Below, one piece after another: positions 1 to 14,369 of a stretch of DNA of 64,000 nt. The notes under the pieces are model-generated. The model had not been told where the DNA came from and did not search any database. It was given only the letters and a program-made list of their open reading frames with translations. This stretch comes from Eledone cirrhosa (lineage: Eukaryota), in assembly GCA_964016885.1 (NCBI GenBank), contig OZ024742.1, positions 258,044,001 through 258,108,000 of the forward strand, written 5' to 3'. Position numbers and translations under genes: made by a program. Each line of letters opens with the position of its first letter. Within the stretch, counting starts at the first letter, position 1.

Positions 1-74
1 ACAATATCTTTTGCATTTGTATTTATATTCTATATCCATACCTGCATCGTCTTGGCCTTCCAACTCCAAACGTT

Positions 75-107
<33 letters not shown>

Positions 108-108
<1 letters not shown>

Positions 109-340
109 GCGGCGACGAATTAGTTTTGCGAGGTTTTTTATATGAAATCGTGTGTCGAAACAAATATTGTTATACTTGGGGAGGATCATATTTGTGTAAT
201 ATTGCCAGAATTGGCAACATTGAGGACCGAGTAAGTTAGATTACCGATATAAAAGACACAGAAGCCAGAAGCGAAAACCAACCTTACAGTGTGTTCTGTT
301 ATTAATTCTGGCAATATTACACAAATATGACCCTCCCCAA

Positions 341-345
<5 letters not shown>
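108..345. repeat. Short (TA)n-flanked dispersed repeat with internal inverted repeat; probable PLE-derived module
   Basis: 171-212 (tatacttggggaggatcatatttgtgtaatattgccagaatt) is inverted at 304-345. Related sequence recurs at ~20826-20970, ~21428-21497 and ~47336-47510. Confidence 0.7.
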
Positions 346-405
<60 letters not shown>

Positions 406-590
406 TAATAGAATATAAAAGAAAAAGAAAAACGAACTCAGGCATATGCATATATGTGTTCAAATCGTAAGGGACCGGATTCGCTAGGATGTAAAGAATA
501 CAAACTTTAAACAAGTAGGTTTGCTTGTCTCAATTTAAGAAAAAATTAAGAAAATAAATACAAACCGGAATGGTGGTAACTACCAATCAT

Positions 591-658
591 CCAGACTACT
601 TGTTGTTGTTTCGCAATGTTAATTGTGAATAGAATTACCAACTCAAGCTCATCAGTGG
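591..658 (-). ncRNA. Type I hammerhead ribozyme, extended stem II (family A)
   Basis: Minus strand: cca CTGATGA gcttgagttgg...caattaacattgc GAAA caacaacaagta GTC tgg. Stem I is cca/tgg. Confidence 0.65.
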
Positions 659-737
659 GTGATGAATTAGTATCCTAGACACTTCTAGGGATATTAAGAA
701 ACTGAATAGTGTGCTCTATATAAAATAGCGCACATGG

Positions 738-805
738 TATCCTGATGAGCTTGAATTGGTAATTATATTCACAATTAACATTGCGAAACAAACAAGTTGT
801 CTGGG
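738..805 (+). ncRNA. Type I hammerhead ribozyme motif (family A), stem I weakened
   Basis: CTGATGA 742-748, GAAA 785-788, stem III acaa/ttgt, GTC 799-801. Confidence 0.55.
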
Positions 806-1046
806 TGACTTGTATTTATTTTCTTAATTGTTTTCTTAAATTGAGACAGGCAAACCTTATTGTCTATAGTTAGTATTCTTTTTACCTTAGCGAATCTGGT
901 CCCTTACGATTTGAACACATATATGTATATGTCGGTGTTCGTTTTTCTTTTATATTCAATTATAATATACGGCTTGGAAATATCTTTTTCCTAGAGCTAT
1001 TTTGTCGTAAGAGACTATTTTGAGTTCCTAACTTAATATATACCTT

Positions 1047-1103
<57 letters not shown>

Positions 1104-1283
1104 AATATATATATATAAAGTAGAATTCAGCTTCGACATGGCTATATACAAATATGTATATGAATTCCGTATCTACATATATACGGTATGTTTATATATA
1201 AATATTTAGAAAGCCACATCTATGAACAGAAGACTAGTGGATAGCGCCACGGTGTGGTATCCAGCAGAAGCAAGGTGGAATAC

Positions 1284-1322
1284 TGTCTATGCATTTCGAA
1301 CTCAATGATCTTCATCGGGACA
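1284..1322 (-). ncRNA. Minimal hammerhead motif with core substitution (family B)
   Basis: Minus strand: tgtc CCGATGA agatcattgagttc GAAA tgca TA gaca. Palindromic ATGCAT stem III. Lies in a partially tandem repeat (~1120-1600) that recurs at ~38330-38705. Confidence 0.55.
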
Positions 1323-2798
1323 ATGCTTCCCTCTTGACATTGCTGGACTTTGAAACAGGCAAAAATATAGTTTTTTCCTCCATGTAAATGGGCTGCTTTC
1401 CATCATTTGCGTACGAAGATGTATACATTGGCTCAACTTAAAATATAATTAGAATTTAGCTTCGACATAACTGTATAAATATATGTATGTGGATCTTGTA
1501 TATCTAAATATATACGGTATGTTTATGAATACACATTTTGATATTCACAGTTATGAATAGAAGACTGGTGGTCAGCGCCGCCAAGAGGTGTCCAGCACAA
1601 TCGAGAGCGATAACTGGTGTGTGTGTGAGAGAGAGAGCGTGTTTGTTTGTGTGCGTTTGTGTGTGTGTGTATGTGTGTGTGCAAACGGAAACAAAGTAAA
1701 TACACAGCACAATGAAAGAATATATTTGTTTAACTTTTGATATTGTAGTAAATGTGTCTGTAGGTTTGGACACTAGTTCTTCATCAGAAGATACAATAAG
1801 AAATAAAATGTGAAATAGAAAGAGTGCATGAGAAGAAATAGGAACGAAAACGAATCTTGAGAAAAAGCTCGTGTGTATTCAGTCAGTTTAAATTCAAGTT
1901 ATTCCGACAGATTTTGACAATGAAAAATATTCGAATGTGTTGGGTATATACAATTCCAGAATGTGGACTGCATCACCTTTGTCCCACAGATATAATGTTA
2001 CTACTCATTACACAAGATCGTAGCGTATAATTTGTTAGTGATTTTATGTTATTACTGTTGTATGTATGGTATCGTAACTCCTGGTAGAATCGTAGGGGCG
2101 CCTGTATTGACGTACGGCATTTCTTGGGCATTTTGTAACTCTGGCGGAGCCGATCCCTCTCCAAGCCTGAGTACAGCAGATTTCTTCCAGAGAAAAATAG
2201 AGAGAGAGAAAATGAGTGAGAGATATAAAGGAAGAATCCACCCAATACTAAACTGGTACATCTTTTATTAATCTAGAATGGATGAAAGGAAATGTTAACC
2301 TCGTCTGATTTGAATTCAGAGAGCATAGAGCCGGAACGAATTCTCATAAAGCATTCCTTCCGATGTTCTAACATCTCTTCCATTCGCCGCCTTATGTTAT
2401 TACTATTACGATACGCAATACATTTCCCTCGTCTATATACATGTAATAAATCATACAGAATTCTATATAAACATATGAGAAGTAGCAACACAAACATGGA
2501 AATAGTGAAACAAATGAGGACTAAATGTCTATCGTTATGTTCTGTTTATAATTTCGATTGTTGTTATCAGAAATGCCAAGCATCAAACTACGTAATATGT
2601 ATGATCACTGTTGGGTAAACACACAAACGACACAGCCTTCACCAACCAATGAGTAAACAGGATGCGTAGTAACACATTTATGAATAACATTTCATGGCAA
2701 TCTATGAGTGATGACACACACACACACACATACACACACCCATACAGTATATATATATATAAATATATATATATATACACATATATATGTATGTATGT

Positions 2799-2856
<58 letters not shown>

Positions 2857-2938
2857 GTATATATATATATATAAATATATATATATTTGTATTCTTTATT
2901 TGTATATATATATATATATGTACATATACATATATATG

Positions 2939-2969
<31 letters not shown>

Positions 2970-3003
2970 GTACGCGTGTATGTATATATACTTATATATA
3001 TAG

Positions 3004-3075
<72 letters not shown>

Positions 3076-3099
3076 TTATGTGCTTTCGTTTGTATGTTT

Positions 3100-3130
<31 letters not shown>

Positions 3131-3499
3131 CTTATCTTATATGGCATGTTATGACATATTTGACCTGTAGTTTGATGTGTTTTCAATTTCAATTGTTTAC
3201 GTGGCTGCCTTTGTCATAGAGGTATTTTTTTTTTTCTTACTCATAATTCGATTGTTAATTCAGAAGCTGTTGTCATGCGTTGCTCAGCTATGTTTCAACT
3301 TCCGTTGATGCATTCTTATGACACATTATCAATCAAATTCCGAAAGCTAACATACGTTAGCTGGAAATCGGGTAAGAGTACAATAAAATAAATACGAATA
3401 ATTAATCAAGCGCCTGTTTACAGTGCATCACGGGTTTCACATAGGAAGAGCATGAAAAAATAAAAATAAATAATTCAAAACATGTTACCACAATGACCA

Positions 3500-4420
3500 C
3501 AATTGTGTGGAAGGGAAGTCGATAAAATTGAACCCTGTGTGTTACTGGAAATTTTTTTCTATCCACCCCATATGTATGAAAGTCAAAGATAACTTCGGCT
3601 GGAGTTGAACTCAGAACTTATAAGGACGTAACTCTATACCACAAAGCATGTTGTCCGACGCTATAAATAGTTCCAATCAAATGCCGTCATTGCATTACAT
3701 ATATATTAATGGTTTCTGATTTAGGCCAAAGTCCAACAATTTTGGAATGGTTAAAATCGATTAAATAGAGCCGCAGTGATTTACTGGTTTTTATATTATC
3801 GACTACGTAAGTAGGCAAGGCAACCTCGGGGGCATTTTCAAGTAGTGTCGCGAAGCATGATGTCTAAGGTTCTACCAAAGCATTGCAGCACAGTTACGTC
3901 CATTTACGGACTGAGTCTAAAACTCGCCGAGGTTAACTTTGCCTTTCATCCTTACGGGGTCGATAAAATAGAATACCAGTAATACACTGGGATAATTGCT
4001 GGCCTTGTGCCAAAAGTAGAAACAATTATTATACATTACATGTAAAATAATTGTTTCTACATTTGGCACAAGGCCAGCAATTATCTCATGGCATTACTGG
4101 TACTTTATTTTATTGACGCCGTAAATATGAAAGACATAGCTAAACTCGGCGAGATTTCAACTCAGAGTGTAAAGGGCCGTAACTCTGTACTGCAAAGTAT
4201 GTCGTACGACCCGCTACCGAAACTGCCATTATATTATATGCATAATAATTGTTTCTACTTTAGGCACAAGGCCAGCAATTGTCCCAGTGCATTACTGGTA
4301 CTTTATTTTATCGACCCCGTAAATGCTTTCTAATGTAGACTCATTTAAATTCAGAATACAGTGTACCGACACAAATACCACGAAGCATTCTAGCTGGTGT
4401 CTTAAAGTGTTTGTCACTTC
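3500..4420. mobile_element. Cluster of 4-5 nested or truncated tRNA-derived SINE copies
   Basis: Repeated gcctttcatccttacggggtcgataaaat...taccagtaat...ctggccttgtgccaaaagtagaaacaattat motif in both orientations. Confidence 0.8.
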
Positions 4421-6449
4421 TGAAACGTTTTCTTTTTCCGTGTAAATTTCTACATAGGATTGCCGTTCGATAATCTCCACTGTATGGGGATGAACATATT
4501 TGAAATTATCTATTAATATAATATTGTAATGTTTTTATTTTTATTGATTGTTCCGTTGTTTTTGCATCACAAAACTCACTGGGATTTTATCCACCCATTT
4601 AAAAATAAATTGTTCCAGAGTATTTTACTTTTATATATATTAATTTAATTGAATTACATTTCAACAATATTATATATTTTACGAATATTCTTAATTACTA
4701 ACTTATTAGGAATCCAGTAAATTTGCATTACATTTGTCATTTGTTCTTAGAAAATGTAAAAATAACAAATGCCAAAAGAATAACTGTAACAACAGCAGGC
4801 AAATAACTGTAATCACATTATTTGAAATACCCTGTGGTCGGAAACAATGACCATTCGGCCATTGCCACTTTCTCCCAAATATAAATCTAATTTAGAGAGA
4901 TTTTCTACCCTATTATATGTCGCAATCTACTCCGAATACAGTTATTTCCCGCGATTGGTATTCCTATATTCTCTAAGAATCTCATAACTGTACAATTCTG
5001 CAATAGTTTATATAGAATATTGGTGTTATTTTTTGTAGAAGAAGTAAGCAAATATTAATAGCGATAACTAACAAAAGCATTTGTGAAAAATATATCATAA
5101 CGAAATTATACATTGTGTTATGTAGTTTGTGACCGGAAGAGAATGTCTGCACAGGAATACTCGACTCCTTTCTTTTCCTGTATTATTCCATGTGTCTAAT
5201 AACAACTGAACAGCCGGCTGGAGAACTAACCGTGCAACAATTCTAGAAATTATTGTGGAATAGTATTATAGAGGCACAAGTACCTTTCACTTCAGCGATA
5301 TTCAGCATGACGGTATGACAACGCTAGCCGTTCTAATTACAAGTTATTTCCTTGGCTGAATGACTGGATCAACATGAAAAGAATTATCTTGATGAAGAAA
5401 CCATCGCGGCGCTAGAAATCAAATTCATGACCTTACTATTATGAGTCAAGCATTCTAAATACTAAACCAGGCGGAAATATAGTTTCAATTTGTCCATCTG
5501 GAACGAGATGTTATCTTTGATATTTGAACAAAAATCAATCGTTGTTTCTCTTCTTATCTCCTATATAATGAACATCAACTCTGAACATTGAATAAAATGT
5601 GACAGAAAAAATGTCTAAATGTATCTTAACCAGATATCTGGCCCTGGTTAGACGTCGCCTTTTTCATACAGCACTCCTTTTGGAGATCCTCGTTCTCCGA
5701 ATGACGTTTGCATAGTCAAATCTGCATAAAGGGCTGGCTTTTCTTTAAAAGTGAGCCCTATGGGATTGACTGGCTGATACTGCGAATATCGCTTGATTTT
5801 CTCTACCGCAATCCTTCTGCCATCTTTCTGAGATATATTGACTATGCAAGAGTACAGAATATCTATAACTTTATAAATTTTTCTATTTCTCTCATTTTAT
5901 TTTCTGTCTTCCTATGTCTAAACATACAATTGTATCAGGAAAATATTACATGATTAATCTTATGTGATCGGAAGGTGTTAGAAAGTACGAATATCGCTAC
6001 AACCTCTCCTTTACCTTATATTATATATAATTTCTATGTGAAGTAAAAAGCAATATATTTCACATAAAAATTACATAAAATGTAAATCATAGCTTATAGG
6101 AAAACCTTTCAACAGTCGACTGCAGCTTCCACCATAAATGACAGTTCCACAGGAAGTCATAATGGAATCTCGACTGAAGAGTTAGGTGTCATCTGAAGAG
6201 ACAGCTGACTGACGCGTAATTTCCCAACTCTCTACAATTCATATGTCGGCTTCCGTTTTACAGTCTGTTGTTTATAACTGAATATTTTAACATGTCATGC
6301 AAAGCATTCTATCTAATGCGACATTGATCACAGTTAGCTGAAGTCCTTTGATATGGCATATATATTTATATATACAAGAACATAAACAGTAAATAGCTGA
6401 TCGTCAGATCGGATCTAGAAATCTATGTTTCCCTAGGTCTTAATACGTG

Positions 6450-6488
<39 letters not shown>

Positions 6489-7509
6489 CAAATTATATAG
6501 GAAATAAGTTTCATTATTTATGAGCCCGACAATGCGTAATGAGAATTTCAGAAAAGACACCAAATGAACTGAGATGAATGAGTGAGAAGGTTAGGAAGTT
6601 ATCTAACCAATTTTATTGATCCAAAATATTTTCTGATTTACAATCCATTTTCAAGGGGAGTCCATGGGAGAGGACCTCAGCGACAAACCTGAGATATTCG
6701 TGGGTGTCTGGTCGATTAGATTTGAATGAATGAAAAAACGTTAAAGTATAATGTTGTTTCCGTCTGTGTGAATTGAAAAACGTATGTGAGTATGTGCGCG
6801 ATATCTGTGCGAGCGTGCTTGGGTGCTAGTGTGTATGTGTACTGAGGAAGATAGTTTAGAATAAAGGAGTACAAGGTATGAGGGTGGAGCTGTTTTGCAA
6901 CATTTCCGTTTTGTTTTGTTATTTGTCAGCTAGAATACTACTCAACGCGAGTAAGGAATCTGACCGCTACTAGTTTCAATTGTGTCAATCTAGATAACCA
7001 ATCACAGCAGTAAGGGATTTTCATGTTACATGGCTAACAGGTTATTCGGGTTCGACAGCACTTTTTGTCCCCTTACTTCATTATGTCTAACCTAAACAGA
7101 GTACCAGCAACAACTCAGGTTTTAAACTAGATATGGGTTGGCGTCCTCATCAGAGTGGTGTTATCTACTCTCAGTGGATTAACGCCAATGACACCTGAAA
7201 ATGTGGCCTGATGGGCCAGCCCATTGCAACATACATTATATATATACAGAGAGTGTAATTGGTAAACCAATGGTATAGGATAATTTATGTTATTCATAAA
7301 TTTTATGCACGTTTCATCCGCCACCATGAGTTGTTGTGAAAGATCAATAAATAGTGATGTGAAAAATGTATTCTTTTTATTTTTCGTCATAATGACATTC
7401 CAATATATGGAATGAAAACATAATAATGAAACTATATGACCATAACCCTATATGTGTTACCTTTTAAATGAATTTGGGCCGGCAGAAAATTTAAATTCAT
7501 ACAACCATG

Positions 7510-7805
7510 TACTGATATTCCGATGACGAGTGTTCTAGGTGGTACTATCAACGGAACAGCCTATTCGTAAAAGTAACAGAATATTCAGACACCATGACGT
7601 AGTTGAACGGGAGATTCAGCATGACACATAATGTGACTAATCTGGTCCTTCGAATTATAGGTAGAACACGTTTTTGCCAGCTGAATGGACTGGAGCAGCG
7701 TGAAATAAATTGTCTTGCTCAAAGACACTACGCACTGCCGCGAATCGAACTGACGACCATACGATTTTCAGAGGAATACGCTCAACACAAACCACACGCC
7801 TTCAC
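7510..7805 (-). mobile_element. Second tRNA-derived SINE family copy (others at ~5300-5475, ~8975-9170, ~36630-36760, ~42228-42320, ~50985-51180)
   Basis: Shared ggactggagca.cgtgaaat...gtcttgctcaa.gacac...aatcgaac segment with a B-box-like gttcgattc on the opposite strand. Confidence 0.6.
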
Positions 7806-7906
7806 ATTTAACCTTATATGCCTATAGAATAGCAAAAGGAATATTTTATAAATACATTGATTGTTATATATTCTCATATTGTTATAAATTTCATCACTTC
7901 ACTTGT

Positions 7907-8068
<162 letters not shown>

Positions 8069-8085
8069 ACAAGTGAAGTATGTGA

Positions 8086-8136
<51 letters not shown>

Positions 8137-8210
8137 TAAATTTGAAGACTAAAATCCAAAGAGGGCTCGATAAGGATAAATATACATAAATATGTAAGAA
8201 CCCTAAATCC

Positions 8211-8243
<33 letters not shown>

Positions 8244-9544
8244 AGTGTGTGTGTGTGTGTAAAGGGTAAACAGAATTAACAACACAATCGGTACAGTATA
8301 TGGTAGGAACATATTAGGTTAACGCTTGAAATAGCAATAAGAGGGTATTATATATATAAAAAAATCAATGTATTTATAAATATATAAATATATTCTTCTT
8401 TCTATTCTCACTAGATGTATATGCTCATATATATATATATATGCTTACGTGTGTATGAAAATGTGACTCTCCAAAGTACAGAAATGACAACATATTTATC
8501 CGTTCACTGATAAGATAGGTATAAATATCCTCTGATACGGAATATTTCGAAAATAAATACTAAAGTGGAATCGAACCTCGTGTGTCTCGAATACCAAACA
8601 AATACTACTTTTTCCGTCTATAATATTATCCTGCCAGATTTTCTCTCGCAATTATTATAGTTATCCACTGCAGTCATTTTCTTTTGCTTTGAGATACACA
8701 TATTTTCAAATTTCAAAATTCTACATGTGATCTGTAAGTAACAATGCGCCTTTTGTTTATATATATATTAGATACAAGCACTCTAAAAATGCAGAAGAAA
8801 ATGTATGTGGCTCCGTATCGTATAAGTTACGGCGCTCGTACTTTATTTGAGGTTTACGGATCGATTCTTCGTGCGCACTTCTGTTCACCAGATAATATAG
8901 AAATATATAAGTATCCAATGGTATCAATTAGCCCAAGGAAAAGCAATAACTGAAGCTTCACTGAGAATTCTAGTAGTTTACAGGTTAGGGTGCTCGGCTT
9001 ATGATCGAGAGTTCGATACCGAGCGGCAGGTTGTATGTCTGATTCAAATAGCCAACTGTGTAACGTTTGTTCCACGTTGAAGCTCCGAGAGAACTAGACT
9101 AATGGGACAAGTATCTGTGGAATGTTAAGTCATTTTACACTTAACGTTGCGAACTCCTAATTGCACTGCATTTCGGTTGTTTTTGAGATATTTGGAGTCC
9201 TTTTTCCGGGTTGTAAGTAAGTATATACTAAAATGTACTTTCAAATATCGGTCATATTCTACCTGTAGATGAAAGCGCGCCATTGGTCTATATTTGTATA
9301 CATATGTAGCTCGAATAGTTTCTTAACGTGCCCACAGTAATATATATTCATGTCTATATATTAGTATACTAATATATTGTAGCCCTGCAGTTTTCTTACG
9401 ATGTAGACTTAAGAATTTTAGAAACTTTTCCTACTCAGGCATGTTTCAGTTTCATTGACCTAAGTAGCTGTCACTCTAATACATGTCAAATATTTTTTTC
9501 CAGGCTGATCTTTCGAGCCACTACAGCACATTAAATAACTGTTA

Positions 9545-9725
9545 ATAATTTTGGAACAAAGCCAGCAATTAACTCAGTTCATGAGTGCGGCTTTATTTTA
9601 TCGACCCCGCATGGATGAGAGGCAAGGTTAACCTTGGTGGCATTTGAATTTAGATCGTAAAGAACCATAACTCTATGCTGCAAAGCATGTTGTCTGATCG
9701 TCTACCGGTACTGCCAATTCACCTC
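9545..9725 (-). mobile_element. tRNA-derived SINE, diverged
   Basis: ttttatcgaccccgcatggatgagaggcaaggttaacct...atttgaatt matches the family at 15822 and 24730. Confidence 0.7.
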
Positions 9726-9892
9726 ACTTTAAATAATGCCTGTCATACACGATTTATCTGGTAATTCCTAATAGTAATGAAAACAATGTTGTAGTCTTCT
9801 TTCATAATCTTAAGAATATTAACTTCCACAATTAACGAGTACTCATTTCTCTTCTTCTTAATTTGAAACATGAGCATTCGATCAGTCATGCA

Positions 9893-9957
<65 letters not shown>

Positions 9958-10000
9958 GTGAAAGCACCGATTCTTTGCTTAATTTTAACCTGTTATTTTA

Positions 10001-10033
<33 letters not shown>

Positions 10034-10187
10034 AGATATTTCTAATAACAGCATCTGTCTTAATGTTATTCTTATACTGAATCTCCATCGTAACTACACT
10101 CAACGAAAGTAGAGAGCTTTCTGCTGCTTAGTCCGGTTTTTTTACTGAAAATACTTTTAATGAATACACACACACTCACACTTACAC

Positions 10188-10245
<58 letters not shown>

Positions 10246-10331
10246 GGAAAATTTGAACAGGAACACCACAGAGAGGCAGTACAACGAGTGTTTATTAATT
10301 TCACGCTCTTGAGAGTGGGGTGGTGGTGGGG

Positions 10332-10365
10332 AACGACGTTTCGGGCATAAGCCCTTCTTCAGGTG
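10332..10365 (-). ncRNA. Minimal type I hammerhead ribozyme (family D)
   Basis: Minus strand: ac CTGAAGA a gggc ttat gccc GAAA cg TC gt. Perfect 4-bp stem II, ACGT palindromic stem III, GUC triplet. Confidence 0.8.
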
Positions 10366-10911
10366 AAAAGTGTGTGGGAAGAGAGTTCAAAGGGTGTGTA
10401 GGGGAGTGGTGGAGAGACATATAGCGAAAAGGGGGTGGGAGGAAACAGTGCGAATGAAATTAAAAATAAAAGCATGATCAAAATAAAATTAAAATGGGGT
10501 AAAACAGGTGGTGGAAGGGTGTGGGGCGTGTAGGGGTGGTGACGGGTGGAGTGAGGAAAGGGAGACGGGGTGTCAGAGCGGGGAGGGGTGAAGTTTGTGT
10601 GTGTGTGTAGGTGTACGTGTGTGTGTTTGTGTGTGTGTATGTGAAAGCAAGGGTTGGGGGAAGAACGGGGTTGGATGTTCAGGAAGAGGTGTGTGTGGAG
10701 TGGGGTGTAGGTTGGAGTGTGTGTGCGTGTGTGGATAGAGGGGTGGGTGGAGATGAATCCGCAGGCTGAATGTGTAAATATGTGGTGGAACGCACGTGTG
10801 TGTGGGGTTTAAGCGTGTTTTGGGTGTAGGTGGCGTGTGGGAAAAAAATTTGGTTTTGGGTGTGTGTGTGGGTGAGTCAAAAAGGTGCCTTATGTTGTTT
10901 ATTACATAACT

Positions 10912-10984
<73 letters not shown>

Positions 10985-11014
10985 TATGTAATAAACAACA
11001 TAAGGCAATTATTC

Positions 11015-11068
11015 CATTTACCAGTGGTTTCTTAAAAGCAAAATATTTTGCTTTCAATCCTCAGAATG
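11015..11068 (-). ncRNA. Type I hammerhead ribozyme (family E)
   Basis: Minus strand: catt CTGAGGA ttgaaagcaaaatattttgcttttaa GAAA ccactgg TA aatg. Confidence 0.85.
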
Positions 11069-11222
11069 AAAAAATCCTGGTCTGTTTATTGAATTTGGAT
11101 TTCAACAAAAATGCAATCTGTATGAACCGAGGCTGGAGAGAAGGAAGAAGGAAAGGAAAAATAAAATAAAACTACACCTGCAAACACACACACAAAAACA
11201 CAAAAGCATACATACACACACG

Positions 11223-11290
<68 letters not shown>

Positions 11291-11521
11291 CATATACATA
11301 TATACATATATATACACACATACATATACATATATACATATATATACACACATACATACACTCATACATACACACAGGCACACATATATACATACGCACA
11401 TAAATATCAACACATCCATACATACAAATACATATATACAACCACACACACATATATAGACACATACATACACATAGAAACATAAATATAAATACATATA
11501 CATACACACATATACATACAC

Positions 11522-11552
<31 letters not shown>

Positions 11553-11976
11553 CATATAAAGATATATATATGTGTACAAGCATACACATTCACAAACATA
11601 GCCATACACACATACTTAAACATACATACATACATGCACACAATCATACATATATAGACACGTACATACATACACATACATAAATGCACTCCTCTACATA
11701 TTCACACACGCTAATAAATATCAGAAAAAAAAAAATATATATATATATATATACAAAAAATTTTTTGACAGCGATACAGAACGCAACTAACTGGACAGAC
11801 ACCCGTGGTAAGTAATACACACAAATGCACGTATACATACGTACGAAATAGTAAATACATACACACACTCTCGCACATAAATATACATTTACAAATACAT
11901 AAACACATACATACACATACATGGACAAACACGCACACGTATACAATTATACAGACACATATGTATATGTAATTAT

Positions 11977-12007
<31 letters not shown>

Positions 12008-12151
12008 CATAAATATAAACATACACACACACACATATATGTATACATACACACATACATATACATACATAGCTATACAATTATACACGTACAAATACGT
12101 ACATATCATAAACACGCACAACCAAATACAAACACACACACTCACACACAC

Positions 12152-12230
<79 letters not shown>

Positions 12231-12243
12231 TACACATATAGAT

Positions 12244-12660
12244 GTGTGTGTGTATGAGGCTAAGATAACACCGGTAATCAACAATCAGCCAGCCAGGAGT
12301 GAGCGATATGTCGGTATGACCCAGGACAGGTTTAAAACCAGATTTTACTCACATGTCGCTTCTTTTAAACACTCCGATAAACGAACATCAACGGCCCTCG
12401 CAAGTAAGGTGTGGGAACTCAAGGATAGTAACATCCCGTACTCTATTGATTAGTCTATATTAGACCATTCGAGGGAGTACCAAAGGGGCACAAAGAATTG
12501 TTCTTTGTGTACCACAGAAAAGTATAGGACTTTGATAAACTTGAGAGCCAATTCCGCTTGTCTTACCTAAAAGACTGAGATCTTCAGATGCTGTCCTCAT
12601 CTGAAATCGCATCTGATCTGTAACTGGATTGACACTCCTATGATAAATCAACCGCCTTGA
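12244..12660 (+). pseudogene. PLE GIY-YIG endonuclease C-terminal fragment, with in-frame stops
   Basis: VYEAKI...YVGMTQDRFKTRFYSHVASFK...TALASKVWELK...*SIL...KNCSLCTTEK. Same type as the endonuclease at ~45170-45640. Confidence 0.85.
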
Positions 12661-12951
12661 ATTCCTTTTCTGGTCTTTACTTCTGCTACGGTTTTTTTGC
12701 TGAATCTACGTTCTGTACTCTTGTATATTTATTTTTTTCTCCCTTACCTCCCCTTATATTTCACCTCTTCCTATGCCCCCCTCCCATATATTCTTTTTGC
12801 CTTGCCCTTCACATACCTATGTGTATGTGTATGTATATTTGTGTGTATATATATGTATATATATGTATGTATATATGTGTGTATATATATGTATATATAT
12901 ATATATTTGTGTGTGTATATGTAAGTATATGTAGATAGACCAGGTTTTTTT

Positions 12952-13006
12952 CATTCTGAAGATTGAAGGACACATTTTTTTGCTTTTAAGAAACCACTGG
13001 TGAATG
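12952..13006 (+). ncRNA. Hammerhead motif (family E), probably inactive (GUG triplet, damaged stem II)
   Basis: catt CTGAAGA ttgaagga...gcttttaa GAAA ccactgg TG aatg. Confidence 0.65.
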
Positions 13007-13124
13007 GAATAGTTGCCCTATGTTGCTTATTACTTTATTACTTTACTTCTATATATATGTATATGTAAGGTTCATATGAATTATCTAAGACTGAGTTTTA
13101 CACACACACACATGTATATGTGTA

Positions 13125-13189
<65 letters not shown>

Positions 13190-13337
13190 GTATATATGTG
13201 TGTGTGTGTCTGTGTATTTGTATTTGGTTGTGCGTGTTTATGATATGTACGTATTTGTATGTGTATAATTGTATAGCTATGTATGTATATGTATGTGTGT
13301 ATGTATACATATATGTGCGTGTGTGTATGTTTATATT

Positions 13338-13416
<79 letters not shown>

Positions 13417-14106
13417 ATAATTACATATACATATGTGTCTGTATAATTGTATACGTGTGCGTGTTTGTGCATGTATGTGTATGTATGTGTTTATGTATGT
13501 GTTATGTATATTTATGTGCGAGAGTGTGTGTATGTATTTCGTACGTATGTATACGTGCATTTGTGTGTATTACTTACCACGCGTGTCTGTCCTGTTAGCT
13601 GCGTTGTGTATCGCTGTCAAAAAATTTGTTATATATATATTTTTTCTCATATTTATTTGCGTGTGTGAATATGTAGAGGAGTGCATTTATGTATGTGTAT
13701 GTATGTACGTGTGTATATATGTATGATTGTGTGCATGTATGTATGTATGTTTATGTATGTGTGTATAGCTATGTTTGTGTATATGTATGCTTGTACATAT
13801 ATATATATATGTATATGTGTACATATATATATATATATGTGTATGTATATGTGTGTATGTATATGTATTTATATTTATGTTTTTTATGTTTCTATGTGTA
13901 TGTATGTGTGTATATATGTGCGTGTGGTTGTATATATGTATTTGTATGTATGGATGTGTTGATATTTTTGTGCGTATGTATATATGTGTGTGTGTGTATT
14001 TATATACACATATATGTGTGTATATATGTGTGCGTGTGTGTATGTATGAGTGTATGTATGTGTGTATATATATGTATGTATGTATATGTATGTATATATA
14101 TGTATA

Positions 14107-14180
<74 letters not shown>

Positions 14181-14315
14181 TTTGTGTTTTTGTGTGTGTG
14201 TTTGCATGTGTAGTTTTATTTTATTTTTCCTTTCCTTCTTCCTTCTCCAGCCTCACTTTCATATAGATTGCATTTTTGTTAAAATCCAAATTCAATAAGC
14301 AGACCAGGATTTTTT

Positions 14316-14369
14316 CATTCTGAGGATTGAAAGCAAAATCTTTTGCTTTTAAGAAACCACTGGTAAATG
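14316..14369 (+). ncRNA. Type I hammerhead ribozyme (family E)
   Basis: catt CTGAGGA(14320-26) ttgaaagcaaaa-tc-ttttgcttttaa GAAA(14353-56) ccactg GTA(14363-65) aatg. Confidence 0.88.

Larger units (their letters stand above)
411..957. mobile_element. Non-coding inverted-repeat element (arms ~411-657 and ~742-957) with a hammerhead in each arm; PLE pLTR-like
   Basis: Arms are diverged reverse complements over ~220-240 bp, with (TA)n on both flanks. Confidence 0.75.

Noticed and set aside
108-178. GCGACGA...GAAACAAATATTGTT motif in the 108/21430/47500 family
   Set aside because: Lacks CUGA and a convincing stem II, so it cannot be called a ribozyme by eye.
2583-3170. IYIY/CVCV-rich ORFs here and throughout the ORF track
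   Set aside because: Translations of (TA)n/(TG)n microsatellites, open only because these repeats lack stop codons.
6116-6196. Possible terminal exon (cag|STAASTINDSSTGSHNGISTEELGVI*)
   Set aside because: Short, no recognisable homology and no supporting upstream exon. Needs RNA-seq.
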